64,000 bases of DNA from Candidatus Poribacteria bacterium. Lineage in GTDB: Bacteria > Poribacteria > WGA-4E > WGA-3G. The position numbers and the translations under genes are program-made. Shown here in pieces: positions 9,300 to 19,340 of the stretch; position 1 is the stretch's first letter; each line of letters starts with the position of its first letter. The stretch lies in the NCBI GenBank assembly GCA_965215265.1, contig OZ244048.1, forward strand, positions 864,001 to 928,000, given 5' to 3'. A model generated the notes under the pieces. The model ran no database searches. It was given only the letters and a program-made list of their open reading frames with translations, and was not told where the DNA came from.

Positions 9300-10622
9300 C
9301 TATAACGTGCGTGTCGGGAATAACTCTTCAATAACGGAACCGTCGTTCACGACCCGGATTGGCCGTCCGGAACGTGAGTAGTTTTCCTCATCACCGTTGA
9401 TGCCTAACGCGAAACAGAGCGATGCAAACAGATCTGGCACACCTACAGGTGCAGTCAAGACCTCTACACCCTCTTCGTTCGTGCTCCCGACAACCTGTCC
9501 ACCCCGAATGCCGCCGCCTGCAATAACCGCAGACCAGCCGTTTGTGTGATGGTCCCGTCCGTCGTTCATGTTAATGCGCGGTGTCCGTCCGAATTCACCC
9601 AGCCATAAAACGACAGTCTCGTCAAGCAGATGCCGTTCAGCTAAATCCTTAAGAAGCATTGCAAACGCCGGATCGACGACGCTCAGCAGTTCTTTAGTCC
9701 TATCAAAGTTGTTTTCGTGCGTATCCCATCCGTCCAGACTGACCTCCACAAAACTCACCCCAACTTCAATCAACCGGCGGGCCATCAGGCAGCCTTGTCC
9801 AAACTTGTTCATGCCGTACGCCTCACGGATAGCGATAGGTTCCTCGGTGAGTTGGAACGCACGGATGTTCGCCGAGTTTATCAACTCATCTGCCTTTTTA
9901 TAAATTGCTTCGTGGGCTTCTGTGCTACGTCCAGTACGCTTCGAGATGAAATCCTTCTCAATCGCGTTTAGCATCCGCAAACGTTCCCGAAACCGATGCG
10001 TATCCATCTGCGGTGGGTAACTGAGATCTTCAACCGGTTGCATCGGGTCATTCACCACAAACGGGTCGTGCGTAGCACCCAGGAAACCGCCAGAGTATGT
10101 CGGGGAATTGATATTAACACACTGAGGGAGATTAGAACCGCTATCCTCCAGGTAGTAAGAGGTCAGTGAGCCTAAAGTCGGGTGCCGCACCGCGCCGCCA
10201 GGCGCATAACCGGTGTGGAGCAGATACCGCGCACGTTCATGATTCCCTTCACGAGAAGACATCGAGCGAATGATAGCGTAATGATGCGCTTGCTCAGCAA
10301 CAAGCGGCAGATGTTCGGAAACTTGTATCCCTTCAACACTTGTCGGAATCGCTGCGAATGGACCGCCATTTTTGCTCCCTGGTTTTGGGTCAAACGTATC
10401 TAATTGGCTGGCACCGCCGCTCATAAAAAGTACGATGCAGTGTTTCGCCCGCCTCAGCGCCGCCTCAGGCTGCCCAGAAGCACTTGAACCGAAGTGTTGC
10501 ATCGCAACAAGACCAAGAAAACTGCTGAAACCTTTCTTGAAAAATACTCGACGTGAAATTTCTTTATGCCATAATTCCGGGGTATCATATTCAGGAATCC
10601 ACAATTCTGATTTCATCTTCAT
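9300..10622 (-). CDS. DUF1501 family protein (Tat-like signal)
   Basis: SRRVFF, FMSGGASQLDTFDPKP, GQGCLMARRLIEVGV, GWDTH, GEFGRTP and GRDH motifs. Confidence 0.9.
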   Translation of the reverse strand: MKMKSELWIPEYDTPELWHKEISRRVFFKKGFSSFLGLVAMQHFGSSASGQPEAALRRAKHCIVLFMSGGASQLDTFDPKPGSKNGGPFAAIPTSVEGIQVSEHLPLVAEQAHHYAIIRSMSSREGNHERARYLLHTGYAPGGAVRHPTLGSLTSYYLEDSGSNLPQCVNINSPTYSGGFLGATHDPFVVNDPMQPVEDLSYPPQMDTHRFRERLRMLNAIEKDFISKRTGRSTEAHEAIYKKADELINSANIRAFQLTEEPIAIREAYGMNKFGQGCLMARRLIEVGVSFVEVSLDGWDTHENNFDRTKELLSVVDPAFAMLLKDLAERHLLDETVVLWLGEFGRTPRINMNDGRDHHTNGWSAVIAGGGIRGGQVVGSTNEEGVEVLTAPVGVPDLFASLCFALGINGDEENYSRSGRPIRVVNDGSVIEELFPTRTL

Positions 10623-10640
10623 CCTCCTTAAAACCTATAC

Positions 10641-10860
10641 TACCAAATTATGTCGAGCATTGAGTTTTAAGGCATAACCTTAAAATATCACTTCCGTCTT
10701 GTTTTATGGTCTTCGCTTCTCAACAAAAGGGGCCAGCTTCCGTTTCCACTCCAGATGAAGAAGTGAAAAATAATAACGTTATTAAGTCGGGTAGGTGCAG
10801 TTTAGAACCATCCTGGATCCTTCATGCGGAACGGTATGGACCCATCAAATTAATTTGGTA
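10641..10860. mobile_element. Putative 220-bp MITE
   Basis: Perfect 10-bp terminal inverted repeats TACCAAATTA (10641-10650) and TAATTTGGTA (10851-10860) around a non-coding interior. Confidence 0.45.
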
Positions 10861-10964
10861 TCAGATAATATAATAACATATCTGTGTTTTAAAATCAATG
10901 TTTTGTCTGAATTAAAACAGCCTGCAGAAGCAAAGTTCACGCCTATATTCACGTGCGGTAAAAC

Positions 10965-11735
10965 TCAAATATTTGAATGTGACTGACATCCATCAACGTT
11001 GAGACACGCACCCGTGACAAGGCTTGCGCGCGCTGAGGCGAGGAACACCACGACATCGGCGATCTCCTCCGGTTTACCGAACCGCCCCAACGGCATATCG
11101 CTTTTTACAAACGCAGCCATCGCCTCCGGATCTGCCGCCATCCGCCGCGCCCAACCTCCACCGGGAAAGAGGATAGAACCAGGGGCGATGCTATTCACCC
11201 GAATATTGTCTGGTGCCAACTCCTTAGCAAGCGATTTCGCCATGCTAATTTCAGCAGCTTTCGCAGCGTTATAGGTAATATGACCGCCACCTTCGCGCCC
11301 ATAGATTGACGCTATCATCAAAATCACACCGCTCCCCTGTCTCTGCATCACAGGGATCGCATGTTGGTTTATCCGTGCCGCCGAAACGAGATTCAAATCA
11401 AGCACTTCATGCCACTCCGTATCTGAAATCTCTGCCAAGGCTGTCTTGCGGCTGCCACCAACATTATTAACGACCACATCCAGGCCGCCATATTTTTCGA
11501 TTGTCTCTGCCATAAAGGTGCTAACTTCTGAGTTGTCTGTCACATCTGCCGGCTTCGCGAACACTTCAGCACCTTTTTCTGTCAGTTCAGTCGTTACCTT
11601 TTCGAGTGTCTCGGGGGTTCTACCGCATATACTGAGCCGTGCTCCCTCATCAGCAAATCCGTGTGCAATTGCACGCCCGATACCGCGACTGGCACCTGTC
11701 ACAACCACGACTTTATCCCTCAATCCTAAGTTCAT
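10965..11735 (-). CDS. Short-chain dehydrogenase/reductase
   Basis: TGASRGIG, NNVG, YNAAK and NIRVNSIAPG motifs. Start placed at MNLGL. Confidence 0.92.
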   Translation of the reverse strand: MNLGLRDKVVVVTGASRGIGRAIAHGFADEGARLSICGRTPETLEKVTTELTEKGAEVFAKPADVTDNSEVSTFMAETIEKYGGLDVVVNNVGGSRKTALAEISDTEWHEVLDLNLVSAARINQHAIPVMQRQGSGVILMIASIYGREGGGHITYNAAKAAEISMAKSLAKELAPDNIRVNSIAPGSILFPGGGWARRMAADPEAMAAFVKSDMPLGRFGKPEEIADVVVFLASARASLVTGACLNVDGCQSHSNI

Positions 11736-11883
11736 GCTCTTCCTCTTTTCAACGATTTTCTTCGCCGGAATCATGTCTTCCGGCTTACAGATAAACTACT
11801 CTATATTATAACACACACCCATCCAAAATTCCAACGCTAAATTTCATATTGAGACTTCATCCGAATTCTGCTATCATATAAAC

Positions 11884-11997
11884 ATGCGAAAACTGAACAT
11901 GAGAACCGATAATAGAGCCATCTCGGAATACTACGCCACGCTGCAGCAATACACTATCCTTGAGGCAACTTACGAAGGTGCGGTTAGTAGACAATAG
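11884..11997 (+). pseudogene. Possible N-terminal remnant of an N6-adenine methyltransferase / Type ISP-IIG-like RM gene
   Basis: MRKLNMRTDNRAISEYYATLQQYTILEATYEGAVSRQ* resembles, from memory, the N-terminus of such fused RM proteins. It stops after 37 aa. Confidence 0.4.
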
Positions 11998-12100
11998 CAC
12001 ATCCTACGGTATTGTGGGATTAATCGGATAGGTTGTGTCGGTGAGTATGGAAACAGGACATCTCATTGATAATTTGCCGGAATTAAAATAGAAAATAGAC

Positions 12101-12129
12101 TTGACAATCCGCACCAGCTGTGGTAAAAT
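12101..12129 (+). promoter_or_regulatory. Sigma70-type promoter for ferredoxin-gmk
   Basis: TTGACA-17 bp-TAAAAT with an extended TG. Confidence 0.7.
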
Positions 12130-12215
12130 ATACTAAAGTTGATACAGTATACAACTAAAAAGTGTGTTAATTGCCAGCATAAAAACAGATAAAACAACAA
12201 GGGGGAAAACAACCG

Positions 12216-12674
12216 ATGGCGTACTATATCACCGATGAATGTATCGGATGTATGGCGTGCCTCACCAATTGTCCGGTTGATGCGATTACCGGTGACCGGA
12301 ATATGTTGCACATTATCGATCCAGACATCTGTATCGATTGTAGCGCGTGCGGGATGGTCTGTCCAGTTGAGGCAATCCGCGACCAGTTCGGGGAAGTCTG
12401 TAAATTCATCCGTCGCCCGACCCATCGCCCGATCGCAGTCATCTATGAAGAGCTCTGCTCCGGATGCGATTTCTGCGTCCATATCTGTCCATGGGACTGC
12501 CTTGAACTCAAGGATCCAGAAACCGGTGAACATGCCGAAAGTTTCTTTGGGATTTGCGAACTGGTCAAACCCAAGGATTGTGTCGGATGTAAATTGTGCG
12601 AAGAGGTCTGTATCAAAGATGCCATTCGCATTGAATCCCCGGTCTTGATAGAACTTGAAGACGCGGCAGGGTAA
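12216..12674 (+). CDS. Polyferredoxin (four [4Fe-4S] motifs)
   Basis: CIGCMACLTNCP, CIDCSACGMVCP, CSGCDFCVHICP and CVGCKLCEEVC. Confidence 0.9.
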   Translation: MAYYITDECIGCMACLTNCPVDAITGDRNMLHIIDPDICIDCSACGMVCPVEAIRDQFGEVCKFIRRPTHRPIAVIYEELCSGCDFCVHICPWDCLELKDPETGEHAESFFGICELVKPKDCVGCKLCEEVCIKDAIRIESPVLIELEDAAG

Positions 12675-12699
12675 CGTGTGAGAGGAGGAAAGGTGCTGA

Positions 12700-13344
12700 G
12701 TGGCGCACACACGTTTCTATAATCCCAGTTTAGTCGTCGTTATCTCCGGCCCCTCTGGCTCAGGGAAAAGCACCGTGATTGACGCGCTTTGCAAAACCGA
12801 TCCAACCCTCAGGTTCGCAGTTTCCGCAACGACTCGAAAGCCGCGCCCCGACGAAGTCGAAGGCACCGATTATCATTTTCTCTCAAAAACAGAATTTAAG
12901 CAGCGGATCCAGCAAGGCGAATTCCTCGAATGGGCAGAATACGGCGGCAATCTCTACGGAACCCCCAAAACTGAAATCGCAGCCGCACACAATGCCGGAC
13001 AAGACACTGTTTTAGAAATTGAGATTAAAGGTGCGTTACAAATCCGGGCACAAAACCTCGCACCAGCACGCAGTCTGCTGCTCTTCATTTTACCACCATC
13101 CTTTGCCGTGCTAGAGAAACGACTCCGCCGAAGAAACACAGAATCTGAGACTGAACTCGCGCGACGTTTGAACATAGCAAAATCTGAACTCACCCAAATA
13201 CAACATTACGATTACTGTATCATCAATCCCGACAGCGGCGTAGCGGAGGCAGTGCAGCAAATACAAACTGTTATCACTGCAGAGCGCAGTCGCATCGATA
13301 CAGAACTAACCAAAATCGTCATCCAAAAGTTCGGCATTACCTGA
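12700..13344 (+). CDS. gmk: Guanylate kinase
   Basis: SGPSGSGKST, SATTRKPRPDEVEGTDYHF, FLEWAEYGGNLYGT and FILPPS motifs. Confidence 0.96.
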   Translation: MAHTRFYNPSLVVVISGPSGSGKSTVIDALCKTDPTLRFAVSATTRKPRPDEVEGTDYHFLSKTEFKQRIQQGEFLEWAEYGGNLYGTPKTEIAAAHNAGQDTVLEIEIKGALQIRAQNLAPARSLLLFILPPSFAVLEKRLRRRNTESETELARRLNIAKSELTQIQHYDYCIINPDSGVAEAVQQIQTVITAERSRIDTELTKIVIQKFGIT

Positions 13345-13568
13345 TAAGAGACCAAAGAAAAGGGTTGTAGTAGCGGACTCTATCGCCCGGACTTGTCAGA
13401 ACAATCTCCGGAGCAAGATTCCCCTTAGACGAAAAGTGTACCGTTACTATGACACCATCTTATTTAACGAATACATCAAATGAAATTAGATAGGATTGTC
13501 AAGGATTTGCATCCATACTAAAATTTCTGGGAAATTGAAAGATTACTCACCGGTCATCATAGGAAAAA

Positions 13569-14345
13569 ATGAATTATCCGCCCTCTGAATTTCTCAAAAC
13601 TGATTTTGGACATCAAGAATACGATCGGTGGTGTCTAAAGCATGCAAGACACCATTTCTTCGAGTCACCGGAATTTGTAAAAGAGCACTTCCATTTCTAT
13701 GAGAAGGTGTTAGGGCTATCTAAAGATGACAAGATATTGGATGCAGGTTGCGGAATTGGAAGTTATTCGCGTGAATTTGCACGGCGTGGTTATCACGTTG
13801 TCGGCATGGACATGTCGTTCAACTTCCTTTCTGAAGCGGAAAGAATCACGCAGCGCGAAAATTTAGAAATTGAATTTGTTTTGGGGGACTATAATGAACT
13901 GCACTTTGAAGAAATGTTTTCTGTTATTTTCTTTGAGGGGTCATTTTTCTATCCATCCAAGGAACGTTTGATGTCGCTCTTAAACCGACTCTATAAAGCC
14001 CTTACGCTTAATGGCAGGCTTTATTTTGTGCATCCAAATCAATTAATCAGAGAAAAGCAATTTCCGATGGTTAATTGGAGCGAAATTGAGAAAAACGTAT
14101 TTGTGCTACAAAGGGGGGAGTACAACAAAGATGATGGCCTGGAGAGGCACGTTTGGCTAAAAATAGATCTAAAGACGCATAAACATTACAAGTGCCGGTT
14201 TGTTCTTAAGCATCTCTCGCCTGATGAACTCAAAAACTGTTTTGTAGAGGCAGAATTTGCCGATTTCCATTTCTATAGAAAACGTCAGATAGAAGCCTTC
14301 CACCCAGGGAATGATGATGGGTTTTCCGTAGTGGCGCAAAAGTGA
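13569..14345 (+). CDS. Class I SAM-dependent methyltransferase
   Basis: ILDAGCGIG and VVGMDMS motifs. Visibly more AT-rich than its neighbours. Confidence 0.85.
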   Translation: MNYPPSEFLKTDFGHQEYDRWCLKHARHHFFESPEFVKEHFHFYEKVLGLSKDDKILDAGCGIGSYSREFARRGYHVVGMDMSFNFLSEAERITQRENLEIEFVLGDYNELHFEEMFSVIFFEGSFFYPSKERLMSLLNRLYKALTLNGRLYFVHPNQLIREKQFPMVNWSEIEKNVFVLQRGEYNKDDGLERHVWLKIDLKTHKHYKCRFVLKHLSPDELKNCFVEAEFADFHFYRKRQIEAFHPGNDDGFSVVAQK

Positions 14346-14466
14346 TAGCAATAGTCTACAAAATTGAAACGTTTTTAATTTGATTTTTCGTTGATTATAT
14401 TGTATAACTTTATGACAGTGCTAAGTTCACGTTGTGAAACCCGTATTTGAGCCTTACGACTAAAAA

Positions 14467-15729
14467 ATGGAATTCAGAAACCGTACCATTATCCTTGGAG
14501 TTACCGGCGGTATAGCTATTCATAAATCGCTGGATCTGGCAAGCCAGTGGGTTAAGCAAGGCGCGTCTGTTCATACCGTAATGACAGAAAACGCCACGCG
14601 CCTCATACAACCCCTGCAATTCCAGGTTATCTCCCGGAATCCGGTGCTATGCAATTTATTTGACGCAAGCACAGACTGGAAACCACCGCACATAGACCTC
14701 GCAGATCGCGCATCTCTGCTCGCAATTGTACCGGCAACCGCGAACATCATCGGTAAATTGGCAAACGGTATCGCCGATGACGCACTCTCTACCGTTGCTG
14801 TATCGGTTCACTGTCCGATCCTCCTTGCACCTGCCATGAACGGCTATATGTATTACAACCCGCTCGTACAGCGGAACATTGAGACGTTGAAAGCGTATGG
14901 TATTCACTTTGTTGAACCTGCCAAGGGCGAGTTAGCGTGTGGCTACAAAGGCACAGGACGTTTGAATACTGTAGAGGAGATCCTCCAACGCGCCGCAGAT
15001 ATCCTCTCCATCAAGCATCACACAGATATGGAAATTCCGGACGCTGAAACTGTGGTGTTGCCGTCTGACAAAGTCCGTGATTTGCAAGATGCAAGGGTTC
15101 TCGTCACTGCCGGCGCAACGCGCGAGTACATTGACCCGGTCCGCTTTATTACCAACCGTTCCAGCGGAAAAATGGGATACGCTATTGCTGAAGTAGCGAG
15201 AGCCCGAGGCGCAGATGTTCTCCTTATTCATGGACACGCCACGGTTTCTCCGCCCTCCGGCATCAAGACCCGGCACGTCAGCACAACGCTGGAGATGCAC
15301 GAGGCGGTGCTGCACGCTTTCGACGACGTTGATATTGTCATCATGGCAGCCGCGCCTGCCGATTATCGTCCACGCCAACTTGCCGAACATAAAATCAAGA
15401 AGACCTCCGCGCCTTTATCACTTACATTGGAAAGGAATCCAGACATCGCTGAAGCACTCGGTAAACGGAAAATAGACCAAATTCTCGTCTGCTTCGCGGC
15501 AGAGACGCAGGAGCTCCTCGCCAACGCAAAAAAGAAACTCATTCGCAAAAACTGTGAGCTCGTGGTGGCGAACGATATTCTTGCCGAAGGTGCCGGTTTT
15601 GAAACAGATACTAACATTGTGACATTACTAACTCCGGATGGCACGTGCGAACAACTTCCGCGCTGCGCTAAACGAGACGTGGCGGATGCAATCTTAAATC
15701 GCGTAGTTTCCCTAAGAAAAAATAGATAA
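14467..15729 (+). CDS. coaBC: Phosphopantothenoylcysteine decarboxylase/ligase
   Basis: [40 protein letters not shown] and [24 protein letters not shown] motifs. Confidence 0.96.
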   Translation: MEFRNRTIILGVTGGIAIHKSLDLASQWVKQGASVHTVMTENATRLIQPLQFQVISRNPVLCNLFDASTDWKPPHIDLADRASLLAIVPATANIIGKLANGIADDALSTVAVSVHCPILLAPAMNGYMYYNPLVQRNIETLKAYGIHFVEPAKGELACGYKGTGRLNTVEEILQRAADILSIKHHTDMEIPDAETVVLPSDKVRDLQDARVLVTAGATREYIDPVRFITNRSSGKMGYAIAEVARARGADVLLIHGHATVSPPSGIKTRHVSTTLEMHEAVLHAFDDVDIVIMAAAPADYRPRQLAEHKIKKTSAPLSLTLERNPDIAEALGKRKIDQILVCFAAETQELLANAKKKLIRKNCELVVANDILAEGAGFETDTNIVTLLTPDGTCEQLPRCAKRDVADAILNRVVSLRKNR

Positions 15730-15762
15730 TAGCGAAGCCTTATCGTTTTTATAGACAAAAAC

Positions 15763-16599
15763 ATGACACTCCAGCAACAGGTACGCGACTTTTTCACCGT
15801 AAACCGCATCCATCCTAAAAAACAATTGGGGCAACACTTCTTGATTAATCCGGATGTCCTCACACGCATCCCGGAAACTGCGGAGCTCATAGATACCGAT
15901 GTTGTGATAGAAATCGGTGCCGGCCTGGGCTGCCTCACCGCTGTGCTTCTGAATCGTGCGAAGCAGGTAATCGCTATTGAAGTCGACGCGCTATTATATG
16001 CAGCATTAGCTGCTCAATTTGAAAACGAATCGGTCATCCAGCTTCTACACGCCGACATTCTCAAACTGGAGTTCGATTCGCTGTTAGCTGCACACAACAG
16101 AACCAAGGTTATCGCCAACCTACCCTACAATATTACCACACCTATTCTGTGGAAATTATTAGCACATCACAAGCAGCTGAGTCAGTGCGTGCTAATGATG
16201 CAAAAGGAAGTAGCCGAACGGATAGTCGCTCCACCTGGGGGTAAGGCGTACGGTGCCTTAACGATTGGGACAAGTTATTACGCCGAGGCAGTGTTAGTAG
16301 ACATTCTATCACCCAATAACTTTTATCCGCCCCCTAAAGTCGATTCAGCTCTCTTAAAACTAACAATGCGCGAGAAACCCAAGGTTGAAGTACACAACGA
16401 GGAATTTTTCTTTAAGGTAGTCCGTACCGCGTTTCGGATGCGCCGGAAAATGTTAAAAAATGCATTGATGAGAGGGCACTTCGCATCCGCGGAGGCGTTA
16501 AGTGCCGCTTTTGAAGCACTCAATATAGAACCGCAGCGGCGTGCAGAGACATTACACATTACCGAATTCGCAGCACTCGCGAATCTGTTAGCGCGATAA
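15763..16599 (+). CDS. rsmA: 16S rRNA dimethyladenosine transferase (KsgA)
   Basis: KKQLGQHFL, EIGAGLG, IANLPYNITTP, MQKEVAERI and PPPKVDSA motifs. Confidence 0.96.
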   Translation: MTLQQQVRDFFTVNRIHPKKQLGQHFLINPDVLTRIPETAELIDTDVVIEIGAGLGCLTAVLLNRAKQVIAIEVDALLYAALAAQFENESVIQLLHADILKLEFDSLLAAHNRTKVIANLPYNITTPILWKLLAHHKQLSQCVLMMQKEVAERIVAPPGGKAYGALTIGTSYYAEAVLVDILSPNNFYPPPKVDSALLKLTMREKPKVEVHNEEFFFKVVRTAFRMRRKMLKNALMRGHFASAEALSAAFEALNIEPQRRAETLHITEFAALANLLAR

Positions 16600-16742
16600 T
16601 TGCTGGACGATACCAGATGACAAGGATTTGTGTTATTTTTAATTTGACTTTTTTTCAATAAATGTTATATTAAAAAAGAGTGTTTTATGAGAAATCTCCA
16701 TAGCGCATTAGTTTTCCGCAGCGTGCAACAATTTTTATTTTT

Positions 16743-16770
16743 TGAAACCGAATGGAGACAGTTTGCGTTA
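16743..16770 (+). promoter_or_regulatory. Possible ECF-type autoregulatory promoter
   Basis: TGAAAC-N17-CGTTA directly upstream of the ECF sigma gene. Confidence 0.4.
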
Positions 16771-16819
16771 CAAATATAGTCGACTGAAAGAATCCTTATG
16801 AATAAAGGAGCAGATCGTT

Positions 16820-17428
16820 ATGGCGCGCCAGACATCTAGTGATTTATCCGCCGCTGAAGATACCCATCTCGCTGCACAAGCCAAACAAGGTAATGAAGTC
16901 GCGTTTAATCAATTATTTGATAAGCACTATAACTGGGTTTATAGCAAAGCTTACCGGATGCTCGGGAACCGCGAAGATACCGAGGAGGTAGTCATGGATA
17001 TATTCCTCAAGGTTTGGCAGAAGCTAGACAAGTGGGATACAAAGCAAGGAAGTTTCCAGACATGGCTTAATACTGTCGCTCGCAACACTATTATTGATGC
17101 AATACGTAAGCGAGACCGGATTCCAAAACCTGTCATCGGTTCGAATGAAGACGAACTTCCACTGAACGATTACGAGGATACACGCCCAGGGCCAGATCGG
17201 CAGCTTGTAGCACAAGAGGCACAAGATATTTTAGAGAATGCCCTGCTACAAGTGACTAAACCGAATCATCGGATTGCGTGGATGTTACGACACCTTGAAG
17301 GGTACAGTATTGCGGAGATTGCCAGGATTCTTAATCGGAAAGAAGGAACTGTCAAAATTTGGATTTTCCGTTGCACCAATGAATTACGGCAAATTCTGAT
17401 TAACAAAGGAATTCAATGGATATATTAA
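16820..17428 (+). CDS. ECF RNA polymerase sigma factor
   Basis: AFNQLFDKH, DTEEVVMDIFLKVW, FQTWLNTVARN and EGYSIAEIARIL..KEGTVK motifs. Confidence 0.93.
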   Translation: MARQTSSDLSAAEDTHLAAQAKQGNEVAFNQLFDKHYNWVYSKAYRMLGNREDTEEVVMDIFLKVWQKLDKWDTKQGSFQTWLNTVARNTIIDAIRKRDRIPKPVIGSNEDELPLNDYEDTRPGPDRQLVAQEAQDILENALLQVTKPNHRIAWMLRHLEGYSIAEIARILNRKEGTVKIWIFRCTNELRQILINKGIQWIY

Positions 17429-17442
17429 TTGGAGGATTACCT

Positions 17443-18117
17443 ATGCGCTTTTGGAAACGATTTATCTCTAATTCCGTGCCTGCAGATGAATCGAAAAAGG
17501 CAGCTATGTTGGAAGCATATACGTGCTGGCTGAAAAACGAAAAGTTATCACGTAAACAAAAACGGCTCCTGAAGGAACTTCCTAACGCCACAGATATTCA
17601 GGCATTGAAACAGCTGGTTGACTTCACTCACTATCGATTTGAGGAGAGAGCCAGCATTAAGCCGAGTCCAGGGGCGAAGGAGCGTGCACGCGCACATCTC
17701 ATGAACAAAATCCGAGGTGAAACCGCGCAGCCTGACCTCACGCCAATAGATGGGTTGAATGTACAACCCAGTTATAGCCCACAAGCTATCGGTAATGAAA
17801 CTACAGATGTACTGCCTATGGCAACCTCTGTACCCAACGAGGATGAACTCAGACGCTGGAACAGTGAGCAACCGTTTGACTTAAACGATCAGGACGAATC
17901 TTCTATGCTGCCACCATACGACACGATTCGCACTTTGTCCCGGTTGCATCTCCGTTTTGAGTTAAAGGATGATGACGTGTACCTCGCGGATTTAGGCAGC
18001 TCCAACGCACCGTACTTGGACGGTGAGCCTGTCGAAAACAGCACAATTATTGACGAAAATGCAACCGTTCAGTGTGGCAAAATTACCTTGAAGATTGTGA
18101 ATATTGATCGTTCATAG
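17443..18117 (+). CDS. Putative anti-sigma or regulator with C-terminal FHA-like domain
   Basis: GGAGG RBS. The C-terminal LSRLHLRF...YLADLGSSNAPYLDG matches the second half of an FHA domain. Confidence 0.6.
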   Translation: MRFWKRFISNSVPADESKKAAMLEAYTCWLKNEKLSRKQKRLLKELPNATDIQALKQLVDFTHYRFEERASIKPSPGAKERARAHLMNKIRGETAQPDLTPIDGLNVQPSYSPQAIGNETTDVLPMATSVPNEDELRRWNSEQPFDLNDQDESSMLPPYDTIRTLSRLHLRFELKDDDVYLADLGSSNAPYLDGEPVENSTIIDENATVQCGKITLKIVNIDRS

Positions 18118-18135
18118 CTAAGACTAAGAAGACTC

Positions 18136-18175
18136 GTAGGCGGTGTATTAAGGGCAGGCCCCTTAATGCGCCTAC
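18136..18175. repeat. REP-like palindrome (GTAG type)
   Basis: GTAGGCG-GTGT-ATTAAGGG-CAGGC-CCCTTAAT-G-CGCCTAC. Confidence 0.6.
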
Positions 18176-18193
18176 CTGTCTTAAATAATCGTT

Positions 18194-19249
18194 ATGCATT
18201 ATACCGCTTCCCCGGCAGTTTATCATTTTCAACGTGCCGCACACTGTTATCAGCAGATGCGCTATGTTGAAGCAATTCAACACTATCTTGATGGATTAAA
18301 ACTCGACGCGGACCGGCATTATATCTATGCCGACCTCGCTAAAACATACGAGATGCTGGGGAAGTGGGATAGTGCGCTAGCATGCATAGAAACTGCGCTC
18401 CAGTTATCTCCGGATTCGCAGGCTGCGCACCGGCGCAAAGAACGGCTCCTTGAGGAGAAACAGTGCTATGAAACACTGATTTCCCACAGTGGGATCTTGC
18501 AAAACCTTGAATTCCCTCCCCCGGAATTTCTTTCGCGGTTGCAAAAAGAAAGAACGTCAGGACGGGGGACCCAGCACCATTCCCAATGGTCTGTAGCTCT
18601 AGACCGTTTTAACCTCACCTGCGATGCTGCTATGAATGGACAGACCGTCTGGTATATTTCTAGGTTGATTCAACAAATTGACACAGAAATCGGTGGTGTG
18701 TTGAAATGTTATCCTTCTGAACCCGTTTCTGTCCGCATCATTAACAAAAATAGGACTACCGTTTCGCGGCTTTCCATGCCGCAGTGGGCAAGCGGTTGCT
18801 TCGACGGGCAGATTCAAATCACATATTATGCACTTGCCGAACCTGTCCTCGGGGTTTTATACTCCCTCCTCCGGCACGAGTGGGTGCATCTATTGATTCA
18901 TCAGAAGACATGTTTCCGATGCCCGATATGGCTGGATGAAGGACTCGCACAATGCCTCGCACGGCCAATGCTTAAATACGAACAAGATCATGTGAAACAG
19001 TACTCTCAGAACGGCTACCTACTTCCCCCGGACGAACTGAGCCAACCCTTCAGTCAAATGCCTACCAAAAAACGTAAGCTAGCCTACCTTCAATCGAGGA
19101 CCATTGTGGGATATCTCATTCAGCAATTCGGCTTTGCGGCAATCCGCCGGTTGCTTTCTCAAATTGGGAACGGCGTCCATGTTGAGACGGCAATTGATCA
19201 GACGTTTGCAATGTCATTGGCAGAGATTCAGAAGGTAGCCGTCTCATAG
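18194..19249 (+). CDS. TPR protein with peptidase MA-like (gluzincin) domain
   Basis: N-terminal TPRs, HEWVH zinc motif, PIWLDEGLAQ and AYLQS. Confidence 0.8.
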   Translation: MHYTASPAVYHFQRAAHCYQQMRYVEAIQHYLDGLKLDADRHYIYADLAKTYEMLGKWDSALACIETALQLSPDSQAAHRRKERLLEEKQCYETLISHSGILQNLEFPPPEFLSRLQKERTSGRGTQHHSQWSVALDRFNLTCDAAMNGQTVWYISRLIQQIDTEIGGVLKCYPSEPVSVRIINKNRTTVSRLSMPQWASGCFDGQIQITYYALAEPVLGVLYSLLRHEWVHLLIHQKTCFRCPIWLDEGLAQCLARPMLKYEQDHVKQYSQNGYLLPPDELSQPFSQMPTKKRKLAYLQSRTIVGYLIQQFGFAAIRRLLSQIGNGVHVETAIDQTFAMSLAEIQKVAVS

Positions 19250-19340
19250 ATTTTCAAAAAATCCATTGCAGCAAAAACGGATTGTGTTTTTGTCAGGGCA
19301 AGGCCCGCGAACACACCGAGGCTGAGAACACTGCACAACT

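Noticed and set aside
12063-12710. 215-aa minus-strand ORF (also 37548-38327, 15363-15938 and other antisense ORFs)
   Set aside because: Antisense to well-supported genes, with no recognisable motifs.
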